Below are positions 50,194-62,785 of a stretch of 64,000 nucleotides of DNA, piece by piece. The position numbers and the translations under genes are program-made. Source of the DNA: Nemertoderma westbladi (Eukaryota; Animalia; Xenacoelomorpha); contig JAUCBJ010004858.1 of the NCBI GenBank assembly GCA_032718475.1, positions 6,414 through 70,413 on the forward strand, in the 5' to 3' direction. The notes under the pieces are model-generated. The model was not told where the DNA came from, ran no database searches, and was given only the letters and a program-made list of their open reading frames with translations. Positions within the stretch are counted from its first letter, which is position 1. Each line of letters opens with the position of its first letter.

Positions 50194-52100
50194 AAATGGC
50201 CGTTACCACCACATAATTTTTTAATTACATGGTATATTTTTTTAAATAATATAATTTATAATTATAATTTTTTTTAACAACAAAAAGTTTCATCAGCAAT
50301 AATTTGGTAATGTTAGATGTTAGAATAAACCTATAGTCCTACATACTTGTTCCAAAACAATTTTTAAAAAGTTCTGCACCTCGAGAATTTTCACTCATTA
50401 CGTTCGTTCGTGTAACTCGGATCGCGACACTGCAAAGTGCACCTTTACATACAATGAATTATGTACATCGATATTAATCAAATTGCATACCGTTTTAGTG
50501 AACATGATTTCATTAGAAATGTTTAGTCTTGTGGTTTATACTTTATAGTGATAAAAATTATGGATTTCTATAGAATTGACGCCTGTAATATATGTACGAC
50601 GTATCGTTGCGCAGAATGTTTATACGTTGATGTAATAATAAATACGTACGGTAGTAGTAGTTGCTGTAACGAGGCGTTACTGACGCCTCTATAACGTTAT
50701 AAAGACCACAGTCTGCAAGAATCCCAAATAATGTTTATGAGTGTTAATTGGTGATAATAATCGCCGATCATAAAATTAATTATTAAAATTGAAAATGTTA
50801 CAAATACCAATTACTTAAATTTTAAAATTTAAATGTAACAGCTTGATGGATAAATCTCTCCACAATGGGGTGTAGTTACACATGTATATATAGTCACCAT
50901 CCCATTTATATACCGTTCTAAAGTTAGGAAAGATAGGCAAGGACTACATTATTTTCACTCGACTAACCTTCAGAAACTCCTTACAAAGAGAAATGGAACG
51001 AACAATACTTGGACTGGTACCAGATGTATGTCGTGTTAATCTGAAAACTATTAAGCTATCCTTAGCGACTCCGATCGAGTGTAAATCTAGTGGAACTCGC
51101 TTCATTATTTCCTTTTAATATTCAGCGTTTGTCAACCGAAAGAGAAACTCCCTTCTCTCTTAGCGCAGTTGTTAACATAAACAATAGCTCCGAAGCTAAA
51201 GATTATGAATTCCTGGAATTGCCTATGGAACTACGCCATCATAAAGGCTTAGTGATGTCGTGGTAACTAGCCAGACGTCGGAAGTCTGGTAGTGCAGGGG
51301 GTATAACCGTAATGCATTAATTAATTTATTGCTTAGGCCCAGCTGAAAATACAGGCCATTTTCTCTTCGAGTACAGTACTTCCTCTGAAAAAAAAGGTGT
51401 TCCATTAGTCTCCCCTAGCTTGACACTTGAACAGAACGTAGTGATGTTGTAAATTGGAAACCTTTTTTTGAAATATGATTATTTTGGAAGCAATCTCCTC
51501 ATGGTCCGTGTTCCATTAATATGTTTACTATGTATATTACTTTATTATATGTATTATTGTACCAGCCAAAATGGTTATAAAATTATAAGGAAAAAATTGG
51601 GAAAAAACGGCACCATTAATAGTTACATTGTTTCATCCATGCATTTATTCAAAATCCATGAAAAAATATAGAAAAATATTTTAAGTTGGCAGATTTCCCC
51701 TGCACCAATTTTTCTCAATTTTCAGTTTAACTTCTCTGAAGAAAAAAAAACTATTGCTAATTATTTATCTATTTAAAATAAAAAAAAAATTTCAAAGAGA
51801 ACATCCATCACCACAACTGCCTGAATTAGCCATTCCTTTACTTTTCCGTATACAGTAAATAGAAATAAATGAGAATCAACATGGCTGGAAAAAGTTATAA
51901 TATACAAAAGTAGAGCGTATTTCAAATGTAGGTATAAAATTTAAAGATTTTCCCTTATCACCAATCGATGAGAATAACAAATTTTGCAAGAAACGCATGC
52001 AAAGCGCAGATAGGGAAACTGGACGCAAAGAAAATTAATCCCTCTCCAGGGGAAATTGGACTCAAATAACAGCTGATTACTCTCAAAAATAAAACTGTAC

Positions 52101-55100
52101 CTGTTCTATTGTTTTTAGTTTATTGTTTTGGTTAAAATAACGTGCCACTGTAACCTGCTCCCTTATCTGCAGAGCACAGGTAGAAGATAGAGGACCACTG
52201 TATCTGTAGAGCACAAGTAGAAGATAGATGACCACTGTATCTGTAGAGCACAGGTAGAAGATAGAGGACCACTGTATCTGTAGAGCACAAGTAGAATATA
52301 GAGGACCACTGTATCTGTAGAGCACAGGTAGAAGATAGAGGACCACTGTATCTGTAGAGCACAAGTAGAAGATAGATGACCACTGTATCTGTAGAGCACA
52401 AGTAGAAGATAGAGGACCACTGTATCTGTAGAGCACAGGTAGAAGATAGAGGACCACTGTATCTGTAGAGCACAAGTAGAATATAGAGGACCACTGTATC
52501 TGTAGAGCACAGGTAGAAGATAGAGGACCACTGTATCTGTAGCGCACAGGTAGAAGATAGAGGACCACTGTATCTGTAGAGCACAGGTAGAAGATAGAGG
52601 ACCACTGTATCTGTAGAGCACAGGTAGAAGGTAGAGGACCACTGTATCTGCAGAGCACAGGTAGAAGATAGAGGACCACTGTATCTGCAGAGCACAGGTA
52701 AAAGATAGAGGACCACTGTATCTGGAGAGCACTAGTAGAAAATAGAGGATCACTGTATCTGCAGAGCACAAGTAGAAGATAGATGACCACTGTATCTGGA
52801 GAGCACAAGTAGAAGATAGAGGACCACTGTATCTGGAGAGCACAGGTAGAAGATAGAGGACCACTGTATCTGTAGAGCACAAGTAGAAGATAGAGGATCA
52901 CTGTATCTGTAGAGCACAAGTAGAAGATAGAGGACCAATGTATCTGTAGAGCACAAGTAGAAGATAGAGGATCACTGTATCTGTAGAGCACAAGTAGAAG
53001 ATAGATGACCACTGTATCTGGAGAGCACAAGTAGAAGATAGAGGACCACTGTATCTGTAGAGCACAAGTAGAAGATAGAGGACCACTGTATCTGTAGAGC
53101 ACAAGTAGAAGATAGAGGACCACTGTATCTGTAGAGCACAGGTAGAAGATAGAGGACCACTGTATCTGTAGAGCACAGGTAGAAGATAGAGGACCACTGT
53201 ATCTGTAGAGCACAGGTAGAAGATAGAGGACCACTGTATCTGTAGAGCACAGGTAGAAGATAGAGGACCACTGTATCTGCAGAGCACAGGTAGAAGAAAG
53301 AGGATCACTGTATCTGTAGAGCACAAGTAGAAGATAGAGGACCACTGTATCTGTAGAGCACAAGTAGAAGATAGAGGACCACTGTATCTGTAGAGCACAG
53401 GTAGAAGATAGAGGACCACTGTATCTGTAGAGCACAGGTAGAAGATAGAGGACCACTGTATCTGTAGAGCACAAGTAGAAGATAGAGGACCACTGTATCT
53501 GTAGAGCACAGGTAGAAGATAGAGGACCACTGTATCTGTAGAGCACAGGTAGAAGATAGAGAACCACTGTATCTGTAGAGCACAAGTAGAAGATAGAGGA
53601 CCACTGTATCTGTAGAGCACAGGTAGAAGATAGAGGACCACTGTATCTGTAGAGCACAGGTAGAAGATAGAGGACCACTGTATCTGTAGAGCACAGGTAG
53701 AAGATAGAGGACCACTGTATCTGTAGAGCACAGGTAGAAGATAGAGGACCACTGTATCTGTAGCGCACAGGTAGAAGATAGAGGACCACTGTATCTGTAG
53801 AGCACAGGTAGAAGATAGAGGACCACTGTATCTGTAGAGCACAAGGCGAAGATGGAGGACCACTGTATCTGTAGAGCACAGGTAGAAGATAGAGGACCAC
53901 TGTATCTGTAGAGCACAGGTAGAAGGTAGAGGACCACTGTATCTGTAGAGCACAAGTAGAAGATAGAGGACCACTGTATCTGTAGAGCACAGGTAGAAGA
54001 TAGAGGACCACTGTATCTGTAGAGCACAGGTAGAAGATAGAGGACCACTGTATCTGTAGAGCACAGGTAGAAGATATAGGACCACTGTATCTGTAGAGCA
54101 CAAGTAGAAGATAGAGGACCACTGTATCTGTAGAGCACAGGTAGAAGATAGAGGACCACTGTATCTGTAGAGCACAGGTAGAAGATAGAGGACCACTGTA
54201 TCTGTAGAGCACAGGTAGAAGATAGAGGACCACTGTATCTGTAGAGCACAGGTAGAAGATAGAGGACCACTGTATCTGTAGAGCACAGGTAGAAGATAGA
54301 GGACCACTGTATCTGTAGAGCACAGGTAGAAGATAGAGGACCACTGTATCTGTAGAGCACAAGTAGAATATAGAGGACCATTGTATCTGTAGAGCACAGG
54401 TAGAAGATAGAGGACCACTGACAAACTTAATTTTTAACTTTACATACAAAACTAGATTTCACAATGCCATAATAATAATGGAATAGTAGTAATGGAATAT
54501 AGACAATATAGTTGACATTGCCTACATACAACAAATAGTTCCTATAAATTATTATTATTCTGGGAGTTTCTGGATTACAATAATGAAATAATGTTTATTT
54601 ATGTTTTTATTTTGTTTGTTTGTTTATTTATTATGTTTCTCTAAAAAGTTTTAGAAAATTGGATCAATGCTATGCCTAAAGGAACAAAGTGATTTAAAAA
54701 GTTAAATATTAATATATTAAGTAATTAATATAAGTATTCTGATGACTGAAGATTTACATCCCGCGTGCTTGCACGCCCTATTATAGTTAACTCGTAATAG
54801 TCATACGTAGTATTACTTAATTATTTTAGTTTTTTTTAATTAAATTTTGCCTTAATTTTTCGATCTATTGTTTTTGTATAATTTTGGTAACTTTACCTTT
54901 ATTATTTTATATTATAATTACTCAGCAACCGGAGTATTTGACGAATTAAGAAAACAATAATTAATTATTAATCAAATATTGGGCGTGTAGATGATAGCAC
55001 GATAGTACAAGTTAGTGTTATTATTGCTCATACAAATTAGTTAAATTAGAAATAAAATTAAATTTAGAATCAACTCACGAATGACTTACCTCAGCTGGCG

Positions 55101-55158
55101 TACATGTTACTAATACTTCACCAGACTCACTTGACATTGTATTAGTTGTACATTCCAT
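52101..55158 (-). CDS. Possible small exons of an unknown gene: 55090-55158 (MECTTNTMSSESGEVLVTCTPAE) and 52101-52166 (IREQVTVARYFNQNNKLKTIEQ)
   Basis: ATG...GAG|GTAAGT, then pyrimidine-rich ctctgcag| 66 nt |GTACAG; both phase 0. No recognisable homology; could be non-coding upstream exons. Confidence 0.35.
52164..54421. repeat. Minisatellite, 37 bp unit, ~61 copies, each an acceptor-like sequence
   Basis: Minus strand reads agtggtcctctatcttctacctgtgctctacAG|atac. Confidence 0.97.
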
Positions 55159-55245
55159 TGTATAACACCAGCGGCAGTTAGTTTCTTTAAAAAAATCGCA
55201 AGTTTATTTTCCTTTCCACCAAAGTGATCACATTTGCCGCCCCCT

Positions 55246-57157
55246 AATCTATATTGTGTGGGGCATGGTATATATATACACCATACACCTACCTATATTG
55301 TGTGGGGCATGGTATATATATACACCATACACCTACCTATATTGTGTGGGGCATGGTATATATATACACCATACACCTACCTATATTGTGTGGGGCGTGG
55401 TATATATATACACCACACACCTACCTATATTGTGTGGGGCATGGTATATATATACACCATTGATACACCTACCTATATTGTGTGGGGCATGGTATATATA
55501 TACACCATACACCTACCTATATTGTGTGGGGAATGGTATATATATACACCATACACCTACCTATATTGTTTGGGACATGGTATATATATACACCATTGAT
55601 ACACCTACCTATATTGTGTGGGGCATGGTATATATATATACACCTACCTATATTGTGTGGGGAATGGTATATATATACACCATACACCTACCTATATTGT
55701 TTGGGACATGGTATATATATACACCATACACCTACCTATATTGTGTGGGCCATGGTATATATATACACCATACACCTACCTATATTGTGTGGGGCATGGT
55801 ATATATATACACCATACACCTACCTATATTGTGTGGGGAATGGTATATATATACACCATACACCTACCTATATTGTGTGGGGCATGGTATATATATACAC
55901 CATACACCTACCTATATTGTGTGGGGAATGGTATATATATACACCATACACCTACCTATATTGTTTGGGACATGGTATATATATACACCATACACCTACC
56001 TATATTGTGTGGGGCATGGTATATATATACACCATACACCTACCTATATTGTGTGGGGAATGGTATATATATACACCATACACCTACCTATATTGTGTGG
56101 GGAATGGTATATATATACACCATACACCTACCTATATTGTTTGGGACATGGTATATATATACACCATTGATACACCTACCTATATTGTGTGGGGCATGGT
56201 ATATATATACACCATACACCTACCTATATTGTGTGGGGCATGGTATATATATACAACATACACCTACCTATATTGTGTGGGGCATGGTATATATATACAC
56301 CATACAGCTACCTATATTGTGTGGGGCATGGTATATATATACACCATACACCTACCTATATTGTGTGGGGCATGGTATATATATACACCATACACCTACC
56401 TATATTGTGTGGGGCGTGGTATATATATACACCATACACCTACCTATATTGTGTGGGGCGTGGTATATATATACACCATACACCTACCTATATTGTGTGG
56501 GGCGTGGTATATATATACACCATACACCTACTTATATTGTGTGGGGCATGGTATATATATACACCATACACCTACCTATATTGTGTGGGGCATGGTATAT
56601 ATATACACCATACACCTACCTATATTGTGTGGGGCATGGTATATATATACACCATACACCTACCTATATTGTGTGGGGCGTGGTATATATATACACCATA
56701 CACCTACCTATATTGTGTGGGGCGTGGTATATATATACACCATACACCTACCTATATTGTGTGGGGCGTGCGTGGTATATATATACACCATACACCTACC
56801 TATATTGTGTGGGGCATGGTATATATATACACCATACACCTACTTATATTGTGTGGGGCATGGTATATATATACACCATACACCTACCTATATTGTGTGG
56901 GGCGTGGTATATATATACACCATACACCTACCTATATTGTGTGGGGCGTGGTATATATATACACCATACACCTACCTATATTGTGTGGGGCGTGGTATAT
57001 ATATACACCATACACCTACCTATATTGTGTGGGGCGTGGTATATATATACACCATACACCTACCTATATTGTGTGGGGCGTGGTATATATATACACCATA
57101 CACCTACTTATATTGTGTGGGGCGTGGTATATATATACACCATACACCTACCTATAT
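55246..57157. repeat. Minisatellite, 44 bp unit, ~43 copies
   Basis: acctacctatattgtgtggggcatggtatatatatacaccatac; minus strand has atatAG|GTAGGT in each unit. Confidence 0.97.
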
Positions 57158-58490
57158 CCAGTTAAAGGTTCGAGGATAATGCTAATAATATTTTACACTC
57201 ATTTCCAATACGTCATCATATTTTATTACATTTTGCATTTCAAAATTGAAATGAAACATGAAAAATGAAACATTTCATTGAAACATCATTTTTTGAGTGG
57301 GAAGGCGACGTTTTATTTAGGTTATTGATAAAAGGCCCGGGTAACATAAGCTTTCAACCGAAAACTTTCAATAAGCGTTAGTCCTGTGTTCATCTTAACT
57401 GGAAGTTGAAAGCGAACATTTATTGCATTATTGACAACCAATCAGAAGAAACAACTCTTTTATATCCGGTTATTTGAAAGTTGAAAGATTTTGTGTGATC
57501 CTTATTCTAGAAACATATTTACACCAATAAAGTTCCACGTTTTTTCCCATGTAATACGTAATTTTATTCTTAAATTGGTACTTTTTTATTGCTCAATTCT
57601 TTAATAGTGTTACATTACAAAATATATTGAACTGCAGTATTTTACTATATTTGCTTCTATAGTTACTGCGATTTATATTGTTGTACTCTTCAACTCCTGA
57701 TGCGCCAAAATTGTTTAGGAAAACGATTGCAACTGTTGTATTATATTATCCAACCAATAATGTATGTAGGATGTGTAGGGAAATAAGTTGCCATTAACTC
57801 ACATCCATCCTTGGTAGGAAAAAGTACAATTACACTTTGAGAACAAAATCAAAACATTAAATTATTAATTTTGATCAAAAACTATCATTGTATTGTATTG
57901 ACACTAACTATAAGATATAAATATATATCAAAGATATTTTCCTCAATGTTTGTAAACCTAAAATTTATAACAAACAGCACAACCAACCGCGTCGCTTATT
58001 CGACATTTAAATTGTAAATTTGAATTAAAAAAAGTTGTAATTTCGTGACAAATGAAAAGGTCCTAAGTGAAATCGAGTCTACAATTTTACATATCCAGTA
58101 TAATTAACATATAAATAATTTAATTAACTCATTAATATTAGTTTCCAATGAATCTGTAATGGAAACCGAACCACATAAATAATTATTTACTTATTATGAT
58201 AATGAAAAAGTTTTTATCATTTACAAAACCAGTAAATAACGAGGAAATGCAGAACAATTCGTTTAGGATACAGACGGAACGGATGGGAAACAATAGAGGC
58301 TGAGTGTGTGACGTCATTGAGTTGCGTTGAAATCAAATAAATACAAAGAGATCAAAGAGAGTGACAGCTGATAGCACAGGCAGTCCGAGACACGGGACAT
58401 GGAAGTTAAACCGTCAGACTGCTAAATTATTATAGGTTAGCGTGGATTAGTTAGGCCTATCGTAGGGACTGGGTGGGGTGGGGGGATACG

Positions 58491-59792
58491 CTACCCTTCC
58501 TGGCCAAAGTCTCGGGCAAACTCTTCGTATCTCCTTAGGTCGTCTTGATTTACGGAAGGCCGAGTGTTGGACAATGCTTTGAGCATATCCTTCATGGTAA
58601 CAACAGGTTCGTTGAGCTTGTCGCTATCGACTTGCGTCCAGTTCATGGCCATGGCGCCGTGGTCCCCGGGGGAGCACGGCTGCAGCAAGTCGTCCACGAT
58701 GACGTTGGGGTCCGCTCTCGACGGCCCCCTAACGTATTTGAAGTGAGTGGCGGCCTGGACCTTCCGAACGGGTAACATCAGCGCCTCCCGGACGACTATC
58801 CCGATATCGGCGCCGGAGTAACCCACCGAGCGGTTCCCGAGGTCCCGGTAGTTCGCCTCCGTTAGGTTGTGCGGAGTCTCGCCGAGGTTCATCTTGAACA
58901 TGTGGGATCTGGCGCCCTCCTCCGGGAGCGGGATGTGGATGCGTTTCTCGAAGCGTCTGCGAACCGCGTGGTCCAACGCCCACGGGAGGTTGGTCGCTCC
59001 CAGCACCAGGATGTCCGACATGTCGTTACCGACGCCTTGCATCTGCACGAGGAACTCGGTTTTAATACGTCGCGCCGACTCGCTTTCACTGTCGCTTCGC
59101 GCCGAACACAAAGAATCGACCTCGTCGATAAAGATAATAGCGGGTTTCATCTCTCTCGCTAACTCAAACAAATTCTTTACTAACTTTTCACTCTCCCCGA
59201 GCCACTTCGAGACCAGATCCGAGGAAGAAACGCTTAGAAACTTAGAGTTGTTAGCCTCGGTAGCAACGGCTTTAGCGAGGAAAGATTTACCGGTTCCGGG
59301 CGGACCGAAAAGTAGTATTCCCCTCCATGGCTCCCGTTTCCCGGTGAACAGATGGGGGAATTTGATGGGTAAAATGACGGCTTCCTTTAGTGACTCCTTG
59401 GCCACCCCGAGACCTGCGACGTCATCCCATTTTATATTTGGCGTTTCCATAAGAATTGAGCTGGAAAGTTTATCTTGGAATTTCTTTCCTTCGCTGTCAG
59501 CGTCGTCGTCGTCATCGTTACCCGACGATTTAATCGGTTTGTGTTTTTTATTCGAAGTTCCGCCTTTTATATGAGACTTTAGCTTCTCGGCTCGCTCCAA
59601 ATAATCGTTGCATTTCGCCCGGATTGAATCTCTGGCCTGTTTGCCCGGCGCCTCATATTTAATGGCGTGTAGGAAGTATTGGATGGCCATCTCGTAATGG
59701 TGCAATGCTTCATCGTATTCTTCGTTCCTGTCCTTTTCGGTAGCCTTAGTAACATGTTCAATAGCTTTCGTAAGAGCTGGAGTATTTGCCAT
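58491..59792 (-). CDS. VPS4: Vacuolar protein sorting 4 AAA+ ATPase (ESCRT), intronless CDS
   Basis: MIT domain, Walker [24 protein letters not shown], Walker [12 protein letters not shown], Vps4_C ending [10 protein letters not shown]. Confidence 0.97.
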   Translation of the reverse strand: MANTPALTKAIEHVTKATEKDRNEEYDEALHHYEMAIQYFLHAIKYEAPGKQARDSIRAKCNDYLERAEKLKSHIKGGTSNKKHKPIKSSGNDDDDDADSEGKKFQDKLSSSILMETPNIKWDDVAGLGVAKESLKEAVILPIKFPHLFTGKREPWRGILLFGPPGTGKSFLAKAVATEANNSKFLSVSSSDLVSKWLGESEKLVKNLFELAREMKPAIIFIDEVDSLCSARSDSESESARRIKTEFLVQMQGVGNDMSDILVLGATNLPWALDHAVRRRFEKRIHIPLPEEGARSHMFKMNLGETPHNLTEANYRDLGNRSVGYSGADIGIVVREALMLPVRKVQAATHFKYVRGPSRADPNVIVDDLLQPCSPGDHGAMAMNWTQVDSDKLNEPVVTMKDMLKALSNTRPSVNQDDLRRYEEFARDFGQEG

Positions 59793-60653
59793 TATACTGT
59801 TATAATATTGCGTACAGTACAGTGTACAGCAGTACCGTGCCGGTATCGGCGGTACGGTAACCTGTCTGGATGTCTGATTTTAAATGAAGGTTTAGGCCCT
59901 ATCTTCCGCTTTAGCAGGCCTATTCAACAGCATACAGGCATAACTAACAGTCAGGTAGCAGGTAGGTAAACATTGCAGGTGCGCTGCACTGCACTATTCA
60001 GCTATTGTCTACCGGTATACGACGTACTATTCGTGTGGGGCGAGTTAAAAAAATGCGAGCCAATATACAGTAGGCCTCCGGTAGGCCCTACTGCGGTATA
60101 AGTGATACCGGTACCGATAATAAAACTGTATATGATAAGTGTTCGCTGAGATGGCATGCCTGTAGGCTGTACTACTACTGTACGTGTACGTACATACGGT
60201 AAAATAAACTTATCCAAAAGGCCTACCGTGGAAGTACTTATTAAGCGAACTGCGAATTGCATACTGTACGTGTACATCCGTGTTGAACACATAGAGCTCA
60301 CTATACGATACAGTGATACAGATTACCAAACATGGCAGCATGGGCCGAAATTCTACCATTCTGTCCGAGCGAGTGTATCAAGTCAAAGAATGGAATATAC
60401 ACTAGGCCCTACTGATATTATTCAATGTTTTAGAGGTTGAAAGTTATATGTAAGTTTTACCAGAACTCGGTAATTAGTTATACTTTTTATTGCTAAATAA
60501 GTTTTAGTACTACACTGTAGTAATAATTAACATATCTCGTAGAAAAGTAGTGTAGTGAAAGGAAGGGTCGTTGGTTCGAGTCACTGTGATTTCGTCAACT
60601 TTTTATATAATTATAATAAATGTGTATTCAAATGAAATCATGTCTATCTATAT

Positions 60654-61125
60654 TTAGGTATGATGCACGCGATGACATACTGAGCAGTTGAAATGGACAT
60701 ACATCGTTAACGTATGCGTAATGACATACTGAGAAATAATGTTGGATATGTCGCCCTGAACCATTTGGTAGTTCGAAATTAATTCCACACTAATAAAGGG
60801 GAACGCAAAGCTGTGAGTCAACAAAAATGATGTCGCGTCCTGATCTTGCAACGATCTGTAGTCTAAAAAACTAAAATTCAAGTAGAGACTTTGGTCTACT
60901 GAAACCAGCGATTGTAAAACATCGAATGCTAGCCGGTTACATTCACAAACGATCTCATGGTATGGGGTAAACACTAAAACAGCCATATGCAGAACTGACC
61001 TTGTTTCAGCCAATGTTCGGAGGCTGGTCAAGAGAAACTCTTTATTTATCTCGGATGGGGGGGTGGGCAACCATTCGACATTAGATGGCTTCTGTATGTG
61101 ACGACGCCAGAATAAACTAGTGGAT
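60654..61125 (-). CDS. Possible terminal exon of an unknown gene (~157 aa open frame)
   Basis: Non-repetitive stop-free frame in AT-rich DNA; ctacag| at 61125 is phase-compatible with a short upstream exon ATGTATCTGCGCAG|GTATGT at 62555-62568. No motif recognised. Confidence 0.3.
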
Positions 61126-62785
61126 CTGTAGGTCTACTACGGAGAACATCCTTGGGAAAACTGCCCCGCTGAAAAAAATATAATTAGTCTTATCTCATAG
61201 AAAAACCATAGACAACCATTACTGCACCTTGTGGCTTATAGAAGGATAATTAAATTATCCAATAAAAACGAAGGGGCTGGGATGGGAGTTTCACATTATG
61301 TTGTAAGTTAACATTCACTAATGCTGATAGGAAAATTGTGAATTTTAGTTTATAGGGTGTCTTTAGGTCGGCTTTTTTTATTCAGACTGCGATAATTTTA
61401 TGGTGCCAAAAAAATATTAACGTCTTATTTTGTACATATATCCTGCACCTCTTACATGTATTATTTCAAATTTACAGGTTCGCGCTATATATCTTTACGG
61501 TGCAAAGATTGATATTGTGGATGAATTTATAATTACTTATTAGGTCACATTATTCATAGTAGTGCTGACGATGACATTAAGACACGCAGACTCAGTGCTT
61601 ATATGCCAGAGGTAATTTTAATTTTCTAGCCCGAAAGTTTGGTGCGTGTAGCAATAAGGTAAAAGCTTGTCTATTTGGTGCTTTTTGTTCTAGTATCTAT
61701 TGTAACGCCCTTTGGGCTAAACGTAATTATTCTGAATCTGTGCACGAAAAAATAACATTATTCGTGCGGTGTCTAGAATCTACGCTGTAAATAGGATTTC
61801 TAGAATACAGGAAATGTGCACTACGTCGACTTGGTATTAACGTATATTTTGTGCTATAGATTAGTACAGTACTATCATTAATTGATATATTTAGTAAGCA
61901 AGGAAGATGAATCAATACGGAAGATCACCCATGTCGGTGAATATGAATTCCCTGGTTTACTAATCATAATCGTTTCTCACATTCAAAATTCATATTTGTC
62001 ACAGTCGGCGATAAGGTACCAGGGGAGATATGTATATTCCCAAGGGGCGATAAGGGAACATTTGAGGGGCGATAAGTTCCCATGGACGATAAGGTACATG
62101 GTCGGTAAAGGTGCAAGGGGCGATAAGGCCCTACAATCGTACACTTTACATCCCGTCGGATATAAAGAGCCTTATATTCCTTTAAAATCCCGTGATAAAT
62201 CCGGTAATTTTTAGGAATAAATATTAAATTACCAATTATGAATATGAGAATATTAAATACGATATTCAGTGGTTTGATTTGTAACTATTATACTGTTTAT
62301 TAACAATATATGGAAGTTAAAGACGAAACTACCGTAGCTGAGTTTCCCCCAAAATAGAACCCCTTTGTCCTGTAACCTACGGGTTTGACAACAAACTCGC
62401 TTGACATCTAGGCCCCAACAAGTCTACCAACCTAGATCCCATCACACTTACACTACTTTTTTTATCTCTACAAAAGTAAAGAATAGTAAAAAATAGGTAT
62501 TCTTTACAAGAGTAAACAATACCTTTATTTTATTACTTATTATTATAAACATACCTGCGCAGATACATTTCCAGGTTATGACTCTAAATCAGTCATCATT
62601 TACTTGAGGAAAGTCACATGATCTCTAAATTCCGACAAACATTACCTGTGCCCGGTGGTGGATTAAGATAAGCAAAGTTAACCAATGACCTTTGTATACT
62701 GTATAAATTTATTTAACTTTATAATGGATGGCGTATTTATCACACACTAGTTTATCCGTACCCAGATCCGACGAACGTTGAAATT

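Noticed and set aside
50968-51385. Further candidate minus-strand exons (RKYCTRRENG...; LTRHTSGTSPS...)
   Set aside because: Splice-like sites are present, but I could not build a consistent or recognisable product.
10668-57157. Tandem arrays as CRISPR arrays
   Set aside because: No unique spacers, no cas genes, and a eukaryotic intron context.
52083-57268. Long ORFs (788, 508, 565, 515 aa etc.) as protein genes
   Set aside because: They are translations of 37- and 44-bp repeats, open in several frames and cycling through the same peptide.
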